A stretch of DNA of 64,000 nucleotides. Origin: a bacterium. Its GTDB lineage: Bacteria; Zhuqueibacterota; Zhuqueibacteria; Residuimicrobiales; Krinioviventaceae. The stretch covers positions 1 through 64,000 of the forward strand of contig CAXXFV010000005.1 of the NCBI GenBank assembly GCA_963674595.2. The letters are read 5' to 3'. A program made the translations under genes and the position numbers. The notes under the pieces are model-generated. The model ran no database searches, had not been told where the DNA came from, and worked only from the letters and a program-made list of their open reading frames with translations. Below, piece after piece: positions 10,955 through 22,432 of the stretch. Each line of letters starts with the position of its first letter. Position 1 is the stretch's first letter.

Positions 10955-12181
10955 ATGTTGATTTTTTTTACAGTGCTTTTCATTTTTCTTTTTATCGTTG
11001 CGAAGAAAAAAGGCGAACCGTATGTACTAAGTAAATTCTTATTTTTGTTATACGGAATTTCTTTTTTGTGCTCTCTAATATTGGATATTTTTTATATTAC
11101 TCAATATGTGAATTGGGAACCTTTAGTATATTTTAGTATTATTTTAATATTATGGATATTTCCATTTAATAAGATAAGTTCAAGGACCATTTCTGAACAA
11201 TTGTATTTTAATCAAAGCCTGCTTAAAAAAATATCTATTTTCTTTATAGTATTCTCGTTAATTACGGTTTTGTTTTATTTGTTTCCCACAATTTTATTGT
11301 TCAATTCTGACTTTTTTTATGCTAGAACGAACTTATTTGATCCTGATAGATCTTTAATTACAGGTGCTCTATCGAGCTTTTGGGCAATAATACCTCCATT
11401 ATATCATATAAATCTGATTCTCTTTTTTCTTGCAACAAAATACAAATGGGATAAGAAGTATAGTATTTTGTTATTTATTTCTTCTTTTAGTTTTCCTATT
11501 CAGACACTAGCGTTTTTTGGACGTGATGGCATGGTTTTATGGATATTAAATTTTTTCATTTTGTATTACGTCTTCAAATATAAAATGAATCGACATAGAT
11601 TGAATTATATTAGGAATAAGTTGCTTATATCTTTTTCTACAATATTTATTTTTTTATGGATAATCTCCTCATCTAGGTTTGGTGTTACGAGTATTAATTA
11701 TAACATCTATGGGGGTAAAGTATTGCTATCATTTATTGATTACATGGGACAGCAACCAGAGAATTTTTCTCGTGCATTTTTAATTGATTATCGAGAACAG
11801 CCGAACTATTTTCCTACAATTAATATTCTAAAATCAAAATTCTTAGGGATGAAAGTAGCAAATGATGATACAAAAAAGGAGCTCACAAGTTTGGGGCTGC
11901 TTGAATATTATAATGTTTTTGGATTTTTTTTGAAAAAGTTTATTTGGGAGTCCGGTAAGATAGGGACTCTTTTTATATCTATATTTTTTTTAATAATTTT
12001 TAGTAAACTTCGAAATAAATTTTTGCGGGATACAAGACTATCATCGTTTATAATTCTGTATACATTTTATCAAATTCCCATGAATGGGGTCTTCTATTAT
12101 CGACAGGGTGTTGGATCGTTTGATATTGCCTATGGTTTTATAATTGGACTTTGTCTGTATTTGAGAAATAATAATTCGTAA
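10955..12181 (+). CDS. wzy: O-antigen/oligosaccharide repeat-unit polymerase (Wzy-like)
   Basis: ~10 hydrophobic segments, very AT-rich, located between glycosyltransferases. Confidence 0.7.
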   Translation: MLIFFTVLFIFLFIVAKKKGEPYVLSKFLFLLYGISFLCSLILDIFYITQYVNWEPLVYFSIILILWIFPFNKISSRTISEQLYFNQSLLKKISIFFIVFSLITVLFYLFPTILLFNSDFFYARTNLFDPDRSLITGALSSFWAIIPPLYHINLILFFLATKYKWDKKYSILLFISSFSFPIQTLAFFGRDGMVLWILNFFILYYVFKYKMNRHRLNYIRNKLLISFSTIFIFLWIISSSRFGVTSINYNIYGGKVLLSFIDYMGQQPENFSRAFLIDYREQPNYFPTINILKSKFLGMKVANDDTKKELTSLGLLEYYNVFGFFLKKFIWESGKIGTLFISIFFLIIFSKLRNKFLRDTRLSSFIILYTFYQIPMNGVFYYRQGVGSFDIAYGFIIGLCLYLRNNNS

Positions 12182-12223
12182 AAGCGCTAATAAGTTTATA
12201 AATTTAAAATTCATCTATTTATT

Positions 12224-13570
12224 ATGTTAAAAGATCAACCAAGGGTTCTCATTATCAGCCATAATTCACTTTCTTTGCACCAAAATAATGGTAAAACGTT
12301 GCATTCATTATTCCAAGAATGGCCCACCGATTCAATAGCACAACTTTATTTTCAGAGTGAGGTTCCAGAATCTAGTAAATTCAACAATTTTTTTCGCTTA
12401 ACAGATTTGGACATTATCAAGACAAAAATTTCTTTAAATAAAAAAAAATGTGGACAACAATTATCAATAAATAGGGAAGACCGTTCAAAATATAGTTTTA
12501 TTGCAACTCTAAGAAGAATTTTTGTGGGTCTTTTGAAAGACAATATTGGAATGATTTTGATTTTAAGGAATAAGATTTATGGAACAGACCTTTGGAAATC
12601 TGAAAATCTAATTCACTGGATTGGAAAATTTAAACCTGATATTATTTTTTATTTAGGTGGTAATTATGTGTTTTCATTTCGAATTACAGCTTGGATATCA
12701 GAAAAATTTAAAATACCCTTCGTTGTCTATCTCACTGATGACTATGTTCTGAATTTAAAACCGAAAAACAATTTGGAAAAAGATATTATTAATGAATTAA
12801 AAAATACCTATTCAAAAACATTTAAAGAAGCACGTAAACGATTTGTTATTGGCGAGTTAATGGCAAAATCTTTTTCTGAGTACTTTAAATATGATTTTAT
12901 ACCAATTATGAACACTACCGAAATTCGAGATCATTCGCTTAACGAAGAATGTACTGATAATGAAAACGTTAGAGTGGTATATATGGGGGGATTACATCTT
13001 AACCGATGGAAAAAGCTCGTTGAATTTGGTCAGATTGTTTATGATATTAATCAAAATTTTACCAATAGAAAAAAAATTGTAGTTGAAATTTTTTCCATTT
13101 CTCCTCCAAGAAAAAAAATTATTAATCTTTTAAATAATTCACCATTAAGATATTTTGGTGCATTGTATGGTGGTGCAGTAGTGAAAAAATTAAATGAAGC
13201 TGATATTTTATTGCATGTCGAAAGTGATGAAGAACCATATCGTTCTTTAACAAAATTGTCAATTTCGACTAAGCTATCCGAATATTTTGCATCTCACAAA
13301 TGTGTGATTGGTTTTGGTCCCTCTGATGTAGCTTCAATACGTTTACTATCAGATAATAACATAGGAATTACTTTGACAGAATTAGATTCGAACGAAGACA
13401 AAAGAGAAAAAATATTGAAGTTAGTTAAAGATAGAAAAATATTAGAGAGCTACGGGGAAAGGAGTTACCAATATGCCCTTAAAAATTTTCATGGAGATGT
13501 AGTCAGGGAAAAGCTTAAAATCTTATTGAATGATTGTATTATACAAAGAAACGAGGGAAATAATGCTTGA
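12224..13570 (+). CDS. Glycosyltransferase, GT-B fold (GT4-like)
   Basis: RVLIISHN, VVYMGGLH, ADILLHVES, SISTKLSEY. Confidence 0.75.
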   Translation: MLKDQPRVLIISHNSLSLHQNNGKTLHSLFQEWPTDSIAQLYFQSEVPESSKFNNFFRLTDLDIIKTKISLNKKKCGQQLSINREDRSKYSFIATLRRIFVGLLKDNIGMILILRNKIYGTDLWKSENLIHWIGKFKPDIIFYLGGNYVFSFRITAWISEKFKIPFVVYLTDDYVLNLKPKNNLEKDIINELKNTYSKTFKEARKRFVIGELMAKSFSEYFKYDFIPIMNTTEIRDHSLNEECTDNENVRVVYMGGLHLNRWKKLVEFGQIVYDINQNFTNRKKIVVEIFSISPPRKKIINLLNNSPLRYFGALYGGAVVKKLNEADILLHVESDEEPYRSLTKLSISTKLSEYFASHKCVIGFGPSDVASIRLLSDNNIGITLTELDSNEDKREKILKLVKDRKILESYGERSYQYALKNFHGDVVREKLKILLNDCIIQRNEGNNA

Positions 13571-14579
13571 TAATTATGTTCTACTTCTTACTGGAGGTAC
13601 TGGTTCATTTGGGAATGTTGTTTTAAAGAGATACCTTAAAACAGACATTAAAGAAATACGAATATTTAGCCGTGATGAGAAAAAACAAGACGATATGCGA
13701 GCGCTATATAGAACAGATAAAATAAAGTATTTCATTGGAGATGTACGAGATTATAGCAGTATTGAAGATGCACTAAACGGTGTTGATTATGTGTTTCATG
13801 CAGCGGCACTTAAGCAAGTACCTTCGTGTGAATTTTTTCCGGGAGAAGCAGTTAGGACGAATGTGTTGGGAACGGAAAATGTTCTCAATGCAGCACTAAG
13901 AAAGGGGGTAAAAAAAGTAATTTGCTTAAGCACAGACAAGGCAGTTTATCCTATAAATGCAATGGGTATTTCTAAAGCTTTGATGGAAAAAGTAATGGTA
14001 GCTAAATCTCGGTTAGTTAATAATACAATTTTGTGTGGTACACGCTATGGAAATGTTATTGCTTCAAGAGGATCTGTGATCCCACTGTTTATTGACCAGA
14101 TTAAAAAAGGACAACCATTGACAGTGACAGATCCTAATATGACACGTTTTATGATGTCACTCGATTCTGCAGTTGACCTAGTAATATTTGCATTTGAAAA
14201 CGGCAATCCCGGAGATATTTTTGTACAAAAAGCACCGGCCGCAACGATTGGTGAGCTTGCCCAGGTAATGAAAGAACTGTTTAATGTTAAGAATGAAATA
14301 AAAATGATTGGTACACGACATGGTGAAAAACTGTATGAGACCTTGCTTACACGGGAAGAATTTGTGAGGACCGAGGATCTGGGTGACTATTACAGAATTA
14401 CCCCGGATAACCGTGACCTGAATTACAACAAGTATTTTGTTGAGGGTGAAGCAGAAATAGCTTCAGCTCATGATTATACTTCACATAATACTCATCGGTT
14501 GACGATGGGGGAATTAAAGGAAACTCTATTAAAGGTGAATTATATTCAAAAAGCTTTAGAGGAATGGAATGCAGGATAG
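13563..14579 (+). CDS. fnlA: UDP-GlcNAc 4,6-dehydratase/epimerase FnlA (WbjB/CapE-like)
   Basis: TGGTGSFG, FSRDEKKQDDMR, HAAALKQVPSCEF, STDKAVYPINAMG. Confidence 0.9.
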   Translation: MLDNYVLLLTGGTGSFGNVVLKRYLKTDIKEIRIFSRDEKKQDDMRALYRTDKIKYFIGDVRDYSSIEDALNGVDYVFHAAALKQVPSCEFFPGEAVRTNVLGTENVLNAALRKGVKKVICLSTDKAVYPINAMGISKALMEKVMVAKSRLVNNTILCGTRYGNVIASRGSVIPLFIDQIKKGQPLTVTDPNMTRFMMSLDSAVDLVIFAFENGNPGDIFVQKAPAATIGELAQVMKELFNVKNEIKMIGTRHGEKLYETLLTREEFVRTEDLGDYYRITPDNRDLNYNKYFVEGEAEIASAHDYTSHNTHRLTMGELKETLLKVNYIQKALEEWNAG

Positions 14580-15681
14580 AAATATATTAATCACAGGTTC
14601 TGAAGGCTTTATTGGTAAAAATCTCTACTATCGACTTAAGGAATCGGGATTTACCCAGATATATGGCTGGGACAAGCAGAACAGTATTGCCGAGTTATAT
14701 GATTATCTGACAAAAGCAAATACTGTTTTCCATTTGGCAGGCGTTAACCGCCCTGAGAATATATCCGAGTTTGATGAAATTAATTCAGGGCTTACTGCAA
14801 CAATCGTCCATTATCTTGTAAAAATAAAAAAAACGCCTCAAATTATTTTCAGTTCTTCAACACAGGTAGCATTGGATAATCCTTATGGTAAAAGTAAAAG
14901 AGGGGCAGAAGAGTTACTGAAGCGTTACTCTGAAGAAACGGGTGCAACTGTTACTGTTTACCGTTTAACCAATGTTTTTGGAAAATGGTCAAGGCCAAAT
15001 TATAACTCTGTTGTCTCTACATTTTGTCATAATATTGCCAACGGTCTGTCAATTGAGATTCATGATAAGAATAAAGAGTTAGAACTTGTTTATATCGATG
15101 ATGTGGTTAAGTCTTTTGTTTCTCAATTGGCGAATATAAAGAAAAATGGTTTTATAATAAAAACAGGTGAGCCAACATATAGTATTACGTTGGGACAACT
15201 TGCTGAATTGGTGACGTCACTAAGAAACTCCCGACATGACCTTGTATTATCTGATTTTTCTGATCCTTTTATTAAAAAGCTTAATTCAACTTTTTTAAGC
15301 TATTTACCAGAACATAATAATTTTCCTATTACAAAGGAGGATAACAGGGGCAAATTGACAGAGTTGTTAAAATCTAAACATATCGGACAAATATTTATAT
15401 CTACAACAAAAGAAGGTGTTATTAGAGGAAATCATTATCATCATACAAAAGTGGAAAAATTTTGTGTGATCAAGGGAAATGCTTTTATATCTTTACGGAA
15501 AATTGATAGTGATTCAATTATTAAATATAATGTTTCCGGTAAGAAAATAGAAATCGTTGATATTCCTCCCGGTTATACGCACAATATAGAGAATATCGGC
15601 AAAGATGAAATGATTTGTTTATTTTGGGCTAGTGAAATTTTTGATCCAGAAAACACAGATACATATTTTTTAAAAGTTTAA
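14569..15681 (+). CDS. fnlB: Sugar-nucleotide reductase/epimerase FnlB (WbjC/CapF-like), SDR plus cupin
   Basis: HLAGVNRP, NVFGKWSRPNYNSVV, RGNHYHHTKVEKF. Confidence 0.9.
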   Translation: MQDRNILITGSEGFIGKNLYYRLKESGFTQIYGWDKQNSIAELYDYLTKANTVFHLAGVNRPENISEFDEINSGLTATIVHYLVKIKKTPQIIFSSSTQVALDNPYGKSKRGAEELLKRYSEETGATVTVYRLTNVFGKWSRPNYNSVVSTFCHNIANGLSIEIHDKNKELELVYIDDVVKSFVSQLANIKKNGFIIKTGEPTYSITLGQLAELVTSLRNSRHDLVLSDFSDPFIKKLNSTFLSYLPEHNNFPITKEDNRGKLTELLKSKHIGQIFISTTKEGVIRGNHYHHTKVEKFCVIKGNAFISLRKIDSDSIIKYNVSGKKIEIVDIPPGYTHNIENIGKDEMICLFWASEIFDPENTDTYFLKV

Positions 15682-15742
15682 AGTTATTAATATTACCTAA
15701 AACTGTTTAAATTTAAATCGAACCCTCCTAGAATGTAATAAT

Positions 15743-16894
15743 ATGAAAAAATTTAAAGTTATAACTGTCGTTGGAACTCGTCCTGAAATAATCCGGTTAT
15801 CAAGGGTTGTTTCCAAATTAGAGACTTGTGATGCCATTGAACATGTATTGGTACATACAGGTCAGAATTATGATCATGAATTAAACCAGATATTTTTTGA
15901 TGAACTTGAAATAAAAAAGCCAGAATATTTTTTGAATGCTGCTGGTAAAAACGCTATTGAAACCATTGGGAAGGTTATAATTAATATTGATCCTATTCTT
16001 GATATAGTTCAACCTGATGCTTTTTTGGTTTTAGGTGATACAAATAGTTGTTTGTGCGCAATTCCTGCAAAAAAACGAAAAATACCTATTTTTCATATGG
16101 AAGCAGGAAATCGTTGCTTTGATCAAAGAGTACCAGAAGAAACAAATCGGAAAATAGTTGACCATATAAGTGATATAAATTTGCCTTACAGTGATATTGC
16201 TCGTGAATATTTGCTTAGAGAAGGAATATCGCCTGACAGGATAATAAAAACCGGCAGTCCCATGTTTGAGGTGTTAAATTATTATTTACCCAAAATACAA
16301 AAATCAGGTGTTCTTGAAAAGCTTAATTTAAAACCACAGAAATATTTTCTTGTTTCATCACATCGAGAAGAAAACATAGAAGGAAAAGGTAAATTTGAAA
16401 GATTAGTTGAATTGCTTAATAATTTAGCATCTATCTATAATTATCCTGTTATTGTTACAACCCATCCCAGAACAAGAAAAAAAATTGATTCTGAGGGTAT
16501 TACTCTCAATCCGTTAGTAAATTTGTTAAAACCTTTTGGATTGGTTGATTATGTGAAGTTGCAACTTTGTTCTTTTGTTACACTCTCTGATAGTGGCACT
16601 ATTTCTGAAGAATCTTCTATTCTTAATTTTCCGGCTTTGAATATTCGTGAGGCACATGAAAGACCTGAAGCGATGGAACAGACATCTGTAATGATGGTAG
16701 GTTTTAATATTGATCGGATTTTACAGGGTATTAAAATACTCGAAAGACAAAAAAGGGGCGCTTTACGCACACTTGAATTGGTTAATGATTATTCTATGCC
16801 TAATGTTTCGGAAAAAGTTTTAAGGATTATTTTATCATACACTGACTATGTAAATAGAATTGTATGGGGAAAAACCAAAATTGAATCTTGTTAG
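15743..16894 (+). CDS. fnlC: Non-hydrolysing UDP-sugar 2-epimerase FnlC (WbjD/CapG-like)
   Basis: [36 protein letters not shown]. Confidence 0.9.
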   Translation: MKKFKVITVVGTRPEIIRLSRVVSKLETCDAIEHVLVHTGQNYDHELNQIFFDELEIKKPEYFLNAAGKNAIETIGKVIINIDPILDIVQPDAFLVLGDTNSCLCAIPAKKRKIPIFHMEAGNRCFDQRVPEETNRKIVDHISDINLPYSDIAREYLLREGISPDRIIKTGSPMFEVLNYYLPKIQKSGVLEKLNLKPQKYFLVSSHREENIEGKGKFERLVELLNNLASIYNYPVIVTTHPRTRKKIDSEGITLNPLVNLLKPFGLVDYVKLQLCSFVTLSDSGTISEESSILNFPALNIREAHERPEAMEQTSVMMVGFNIDRILQGIKILERQKRGALRTLELVNDYSMPNVSEKVLRIILSYTDYVNRIVWGKTKIESC

Positions 16895-16897
16895 TTT

Positions 16898-18109
16898 ATG
16901 CGTATTTTATTTTTGACACAGTGGTTTCAACCAGAACCTATGTTTAAAGGTCTTCCTTTTGCGAAAGCTTTACAAGAAAAAGGACACCATGTAGAAGTAT
17001 TGACAGGTTTTCCTAATTATCCTAGTGGGAAAATTTATCCAAAGTACAAATTAAAATTCTATCAAAAAGAATTAATAGATGGAATATTAGTACATCGTCT
17101 TTTCCTCTATCCTAGCCATGACCGTTCGGGTATTAAAAGATTATTGAATTATCTAAGTTTTATGGTTTCATCTTTATTTCTTGCACCTTTTCTTACCGAG
17201 AGGAATGATATTATTTATGTGTATAATTTAATAACGTTAGGTTGGACTGCTAGGTTTTTGCGAGTTTTTAAAGGTGGTAAAATTGTATATGATGTCCAAG
17301 ATATGTGGCCTGAATCTGTAACAAATTCAGGTATGTTGAATAATGAAATGTTGAATTGGATATTGAAATGCTGGAGCAATTCAATTTATAGAAAAGCTGA
17401 TCATCTAGTTGTTCTTTCCCCAGGATTTAAAAAGGAATTAATGAATAGAAAAATTCCTGATGAAAGAATTTCTATAATTTATAATTGGAGTGATAGCTAT
17501 GTCAAGGAAAGGACCTTTCTTTCTGATAACATAGAGAATTTATTTAAGTCAAGACAAAATTTTAATATTGTTTTTGCTGGTACAATAGGTTTCTTCCAAG
17601 CTTTGGATGTCTTGTTGGAAGCAGCTAAAGAATTGAAACAATATGATTCTTTTATTAAATTTATTGTGGCAGGTAGTGGAACAGAGGTTGAAAGGCTTAA
17701 AAAATCAGCACAAAAAATGTATCTTGATAATGTTCATTTTGTTGGACAAATAGATCGGCAAAATGTTGGTACATTTTTATCAAAGGCTGATGCACTATTG
17801 GTGCATTTAAAAGATGATCCCCTTTTCAGGATAACTATTCCATCAAAAACCCAGACTTACTTATCAATTGGTAAGCCTATTTTGATGGGTGTAAAGGGAG
17901 ATGCTGCCGATATTATTAAAGAGGCTGACTGTGGTTATTGTTTTGAGCCTGAAGATTCTAGTAGTTTAATAAAAAACATATGCAAATTAAAAACAATAAG
18001 TATTGATATGAGAAACAAAATGGGAGAAAACGCTAAAAATTTTTATAATATAAATATGTCTTTTGAAAAGGCATTGGAATCTTTTTTATACCTTTTTAAT
18101 AATTTATAA
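16898..18109 (+). CDS. GT4 glycosyltransferase, WbuB-like (putative L-FucNAc transferase)
   Basis: TQWFQPEP, LTGFPNYPSG, QDMWPES, IPSKTQTY; directly after fnlABC. Confidence 0.85.
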   Translation: MRILFLTQWFQPEPMFKGLPFAKALQEKGHHVEVLTGFPNYPSGKIYPKYKLKFYQKELIDGILVHRLFLYPSHDRSGIKRLLNYLSFMVSSLFLAPFLTERNDIIYVYNLITLGWTARFLRVFKGGKIVYDVQDMWPESVTNSGMLNNEMLNWILKCWSNSIYRKADHLVVLSPGFKKELMNRKIPDERISIIYNWSDSYVKERTFLSDNIENLFKSRQNFNIVFAGTIGFFQALDVLLEAAKELKQYDSFIKFIVAGSGTEVERLKKSAQKMYLDNVHFVGQIDRQNVGTFLSKADALLVHLKDDPLFRITIPSKTQTYLSIGKPILMGVKGDAADIIKEADCGYCFEPEDSSSLIKNICKLKTISIDMRNKMGENAKNFYNINMSFEKALESFLYLFNNL

Positions 18110-18116
18110 AAATTTT

Positions 18117-18719
18117 ATGTATTTAAAATTTAAAAATGTTATTGATATCATTTTGGGTATAATATTAATTTTAATTTTTTCTCCATTATTTTTAGTATTA
18201 ATAATACTTTGTCTGATTTTCCAAGGAAAACCAGTTTTCTTTATTCAAACAAGGCCAGGATTGTCTGGTAAATTATTTAATATAGTTAAGTTTAGAACTA
18301 TGTTAAATAGAACAAATAAGGATAGTCTACTCCTTCATGATTCAAAAAGACTAACAAAATTTGGTTTTTTTTTAAGAAAAACAAGCTTGGATGAACTACC
18401 AGAATTATTAAATATAGTAAAGAGACAAATGAGTTTTGTTGGGCCTCGTCCTCTTTTACCTCAGTACTTGGATCGATACACACCTGAGCAAATGAGACGT
18501 CATGAGGTGAAGCCAGGAATTACAGGATGGGCCCAAGTGAATGGTAGAAATACTTTATCTTGGGAAGAAAAATTTAAATTGGATGTTTGGTACGTTGATA
18601 ATATCTCTTTTAAACTAGATATGAAAATATTATTTTTGACACTTGTTAAAGTGATCAAACGTGAAGGAATAAACCACCCAGGTACGGCAACAATGGAAGA
18701 ATTTTTAGGATCTGAATGA
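18117..18719 (+). CDS. Initiating phosphoglycosyl transferase (PglC/EpsL-like)
   Basis: KFRTM, LRKTSLDELP, GPRPLL, KPGITGWAQVNGRN. Confidence 0.92.
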   Translation: MYLKFKNVIDIILGIILILIFSPLFLVLIILCLIFQGKPVFFIQTRPGLSGKLFNIVKFRTMLNRTNKDSLLLHDSKRLTKFGFFLRKTSLDELPELLNIVKRQMSFVGPRPLLPQYLDRYTPEQMRRHEVKPGITGWAQVNGRNTLSWEEKFKLDVWYVDNISFKLDMKILFLTLVKVIKREGINHPGTATMEEFLGSE

Positions 18720-19348
18720 TGACAGATATTCTTGTAATAGGTGCTGGAGGGCATGGTCAAGTCGTTGCAGATATTCTAAGTATGAATCCATCTCATAATA
18801 TTTTAGGTTTTCTAGATGACGATGAAAGTCTTAAAGGTACTCATATTTTAGATTATACTGTGTTGGGGCTTATTGATGATCTTTCAAATATTAAGCATGA
18901 TGCTGTTATTATTGCTATTGGAAATAATAAAATTCGGAAACAAATTGCTGAAAGGATTAAGAGGATAACCCGCTTTTGTAATGCGATCCATCCATCTGCT
19001 ATTATTGCCAAAGATGTAATTATTGGAACTGGGATCGTTATTTGTGCCGGTGCTGTTGTTAATCCAGGTTCCCTTGTTGGTAATCATGTTATCTTGAATA
19101 CCTGTAGTTCTGTTGATCACCATAATATTTTACAAAAATATATACATATCGCACCAGGGGCTCATTCTGGTGGTAATGTAAAAATGAATGAAGGTACTTT
19201 TGTGGGGATTGGGGCATCCATTGTTCCTGGAATAAGTATAGGTCAATGGGTTGTTGTTGGTGCAGGTTCTGTTGCATTAAATAATGTTGATGATTTTCAG
19301 GTTGTTGTTGGAAATCCAGCTAGAGTAATTAGGGATTTAAGAAAATAA
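18716..19348 (+). CDS. Hexapeptide-repeat sugar N-acetyltransferase (PglD/NeuD-like)
   Basis: IGAGGHG, AIGNN, IHPSA, VDHH, VVVGNPAR. Confidence 0.9.
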   Translation: MMTDILVIGAGGHGQVVADILSMNPSHNILGFLDDDESLKGTHILDYTVLGLIDDLSNIKHDAVIIAIGNNKIRKQIAERIKRITRFCNAIHPSAIIAKDVIIGTGIVICAGAVVNPGSLVGNHVILNTCSSVDHHNILQKYIHIAPGAHSGGNVKMNEGTFVGIGASIVPGISIGQWVVVGAGSVALNNVDDFQVVVGNPARVIRDLRK

Positions 19349-19349
19349 A

Positions 19350-20486
19350 ATGGATAAAATTTGGCTTTCATCACCTCATATGGGTGAGACTGAACTTGGA
19401 TATGTTATAGATGCTTTTAAGAGCAACTGGATTGCACCTTTGGGTCCATATGTAGATAACTTTGAATATGAAATTTCACGTTATATAAAAGTTGGGCACT
19501 GTGCTGCCCTCAGTTCCGGTACGGCTGCTATTCATTTGGCTTTAATTGCATTGGGGATTGGAAGAGGGGATGAAGTATTATGTTCTACGTTTACTTTTTC
19601 TGCCTCTGCTAATCCTATTCTTTATCAGTCAGCGGTTCCAGTATTTATCGAGAGTGAGGACAAGACATGGAATATGAATCCATTTTGGTTAAAAAAAGCA
19701 ATTGAAGATCGCATTCACAAGGGCCAAAAACCAAAGGCTTTAATTTTAGTGCATCTTTATGGAATGCCTGCACAAATTGATGAAATTTTAAATATTTGTG
19801 AATTTTACCGTATTCCTGTGATTGAAGACGCAGCCGAAGCTCTGGGTTCCAAATATAAGGACAGGTTTTTAGGTAGCTTCGGAACAATAGGGATTTTTTC
19901 CTTTAATGGTAACAAAATTATTACTACCTCAGGTGGTGGAGCACTTGTTTCATCTGATAACGAAATTGTCAATAAAATCAGGTTTCTGGCTACTCAGGCA
20001 CGAGACGAGGCCCCACATTATCAACATTCTCAGGTAGGTTATAATTATCGAATGAGTAACATACTGGCTGCATTAGGTTTAGGGCAAATTCAAGTGTTGG
20101 ATGATAGGGTGCGTCAACGGCGCTCTAACCATTATTACTATTATCAGGCATTAAAAGATATTGATGGAATTTCTTTTTTATCTGAGCCATCAGAAGATTA
20201 TTTTTCCAACCATTGGTTGACTTGTATTTTAGTTGATCCCAGATATACTGCTGGAATAACACACGAGGATATTCGGTTAGCACTTTTAAATGAAAATATC
20301 GAATCAAGACCACTATGGAAACCGATGCATTTACAGCCTGTTTTTACTACTTACCCATATTATGGTGATGGTATATCTGAAAGACTTTTTAAAAATGGAT
20401 TATGTTTACCTTCAGGATCAAATTTATCTAAAAATGTTTTAAAAAAAATAACAAGTATCGTTCGAAAAACTGTTAAAAAAGATTAG
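19350..20486 (+). CDS. PLP-dependent sugar aminotransferase (PglE/EpsN-like)
   Basis: IWLSSPHM, SGTAAIHL, EDAAEALGS, SFNGNKIITTSGGG. Confidence 0.92.
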   Translation: MDKIWLSSPHMGETELGYVIDAFKSNWIAPLGPYVDNFEYEISRYIKVGHCAALSSGTAAIHLALIALGIGRGDEVLCSTFTFSASANPILYQSAVPVFIESEDKTWNMNPFWLKKAIEDRIHKGQKPKALILVHLYGMPAQIDEILNICEFYRIPVIEDAAEALGSKYKDRFLGSFGTIGIFSFNGNKIITTSGGGALVSSDNEIVNKIRFLATQARDEAPHYQHSQVGYNYRMSNILAALGLGQIQVLDDRVRQRRSNHYYYYQALKDIDGISFLSEPSEDYFSNHWLTCILVDPRYTAGITHEDIRLALLNENIESRPLWKPMHLQPVFTTYPYYGDGISERLFKNGLCLPSGSNLSKNVLKKITSIVRKTVKKD

Positions 20487-20548
20487 CCTTTCACCTCAAT
20501 TTTTTTTCAACTTTTTATTTTATTATTGTTTTTGCGGAGGGTTTAGAA

Positions 20549-22426
20549 ATGCGCATTACGATTATGAATAATATTCGGCGCAGTATAAAAATTTTTCTTG
20601 ATCTCATTTTGGTTGCTTTAGCCTATTATGCAGCTTTTAATATTAGGCTTGATGGAGATATAGTTGAACCTTATAAGTCTACGATGAAGGAGACTTTCTT
20701 CTATGTATTAATGATTTATTTTGTTGTGTTTTTAGTTGTGGGGCTTTATCGTGGTGTTTGGAGGTACTCGTCTATTCGTGATCTCGGTTTAATAATGCTT
20801 TCAAATACGATCAGTGCTGTTATTTGTCTGTTAGTTTTTCATGAGTTTGGCATATCTAGTGTACCGCGTTCAGTGATTGTTATCTTTTGGCTTTTAGTTT
20901 TAATATCGGTTGGCGGTGTTCGTTTTGCATATAGAACATTTACTTTATATCTTCCAATGTTGGTTCATAATCGAAAACATGTTCTGGTTATTGGTGCAGG
21001 GAATGCAGGGGAAATGTTGGTACGTCAGGCTTTAAAGGAACCCACTCTTGGCTACAAGCCCGTTGCGCTTATTGATGATAATGTAAAACTTCAAGGCAGC
21101 CAAATACACGGTATACGGGTAATTGGAAAAGTATCTGATATTCCAAAAATTATTAAAAAGCACCATATTGATGAAATAATTATTGCTGCACCATCTGCAA
21201 ATGCCACTCAAATGCGTCGTATTGTTAATTTTTGTGAACAAGGAAATGTTCCTTTTAAAACGTTGCCCGGACCAAAGGAAATTATAAACGGAGATGTAAT
21301 TATTAGCAAAATTCGAGAAGTGAAAATAGAGGACCTATTAGAACGTTCTCCTGTTGAAGCCGATTCTAATAGTTTGAAAAAATATTTTGAAAACAAGGTA
21401 ATTCTCGTTACTGGAGCTGCCGGCTCTATCGGTTCTGAGTTGTGTCGACAATTGTCTAATTTTCCAATATCGAGGTTGATTGCCCTTGATCGGGCTGAAA
21501 GTGATTTGTTTGATCTTGAGCATGAACTGTATAGTATCTGTTCAAAGCGCAAAGATTGTTTGAAATGTATTATTGCTGATATTACTCACACTTTTGAACT
21601 TGAAAAGGTGTTTGCTTTTTATAAACCTCATATTGTTTTTCACGCTGCTGCTTATAAACATGTTCCTTTTATGGAGTATTTTCCCGAACAGGCTGTTAAA
21701 AATAATGTATTTGGAACTATTAATGTTTCTACTATCGCGGAAAAATATGGAGTAGATCGATTTATTATGATTTCGACTGACAAAGCCGTCAATCCTTCCA
21801 GCATAATGGGAGCTACAAAACGACTAAGTGAATTATATTGTGTTTCAAAAAATGGTCATACAACATTGAAACATATAGTAGTACGTTTTGGAAATGTACT
21901 TGCTAGCAAAGGAAGTGTAATTCCGTTATTTCAACAACAAATTCGAAACGGTGGTCCAATTACTGTAACCAGTAAAAAGATTAATCGTTTTTTTATGACA
22001 ATTCCCGAAGCCGTTGGTTTGGTTTTAATGGCTGGGACATCTGGTATTGGCGGAGAAATATTCATTCTTGATATGGGGGACCCTGTCAATATTTATACTA
22101 TGGCTAAACATCTGGTTTCGTTATCCGGTCTTGTGCTTGATAAAGATGTAAAAATTGAGATTACTGGTTTACGTCCTGGAGAAAAGCTTTATGAAGAATT
22201 ATGGAACAAGGAAGAAAATCCCGTTGCTACAGATATGCCCAAAGTTTTAAAATCGACCCAGGTTTCTCAAAATGGTAATATAAAAGCGGACAAGTTAAAT
22301 CTTTTAAAACAATTTGCAGATGCTGGAGATAGAAATAAAATTGTAAAATTACTACAGGAAATGGTACCAACTGCGCAATTCGAAAAAAGTATCATTCATG
22401 AATCAATTAAACAGTATGCAGGATAA
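20549..22426 (+). CDS. Membrane-bound UDP-GlcNAc 4,6-dehydratase (PglF/CapD/WbpM-like)
   Basis: N-terminal TM helices; TGAAGSIG, HAAAYKHVP, STDKAVNP, GLRPGEKLYEEL. Confidence 0.92.
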   Translation: MRITIMNNIRRSIKIFLDLILVALAYYAAFNIRLDGDIVEPYKSTMKETFFYVLMIYFVVFLVVGLYRGVWRYSSIRDLGLIMLSNTISAVICLLVFHEFGISSVPRSVIVIFWLLVLISVGGVRFAYRTFTLYLPMLVHNRKHVLVIGAGNAGEMLVRQALKEPTLGYKPVALIDDNVKLQGSQIHGIRVIGKVSDIPKIIKKHHIDEIIIAAPSANATQMRRIVNFCEQGNVPFKTLPGPKEIINGDVIISKIREVKIEDLLERSPVEADSNSLKKYFENKVILVTGAAGSIGSELCRQLSNFPISRLIALDRAESDLFDLEHELYSICSKRKDCLKCIIADITHTFELEKVFAFYKPHIVFHAAAYKHVPFMEYFPEQAVKNNVFGTINVSTIAEKYGVDRFIMISTDKAVNPSSIMGATKRLSELYCVSKNGHTTLKHIVVRFGNVLASKGSVIPLFQQQIRNGGPITVTSKKINRFFMTIPEAVGLVLMAGTSGIGGEIFILDMGDPVNIYTMAKHLVSLSGLVLDKDVKIEITGLRPGEKLYEELWNKEENPVATDMPKVLKSTQVSQNGNIKADKLNLLKQFADAGDRNKIVKLLQEMVPTAQFEKSIIHESIKQYAG

Positions 22427-22432
22427 TATAAT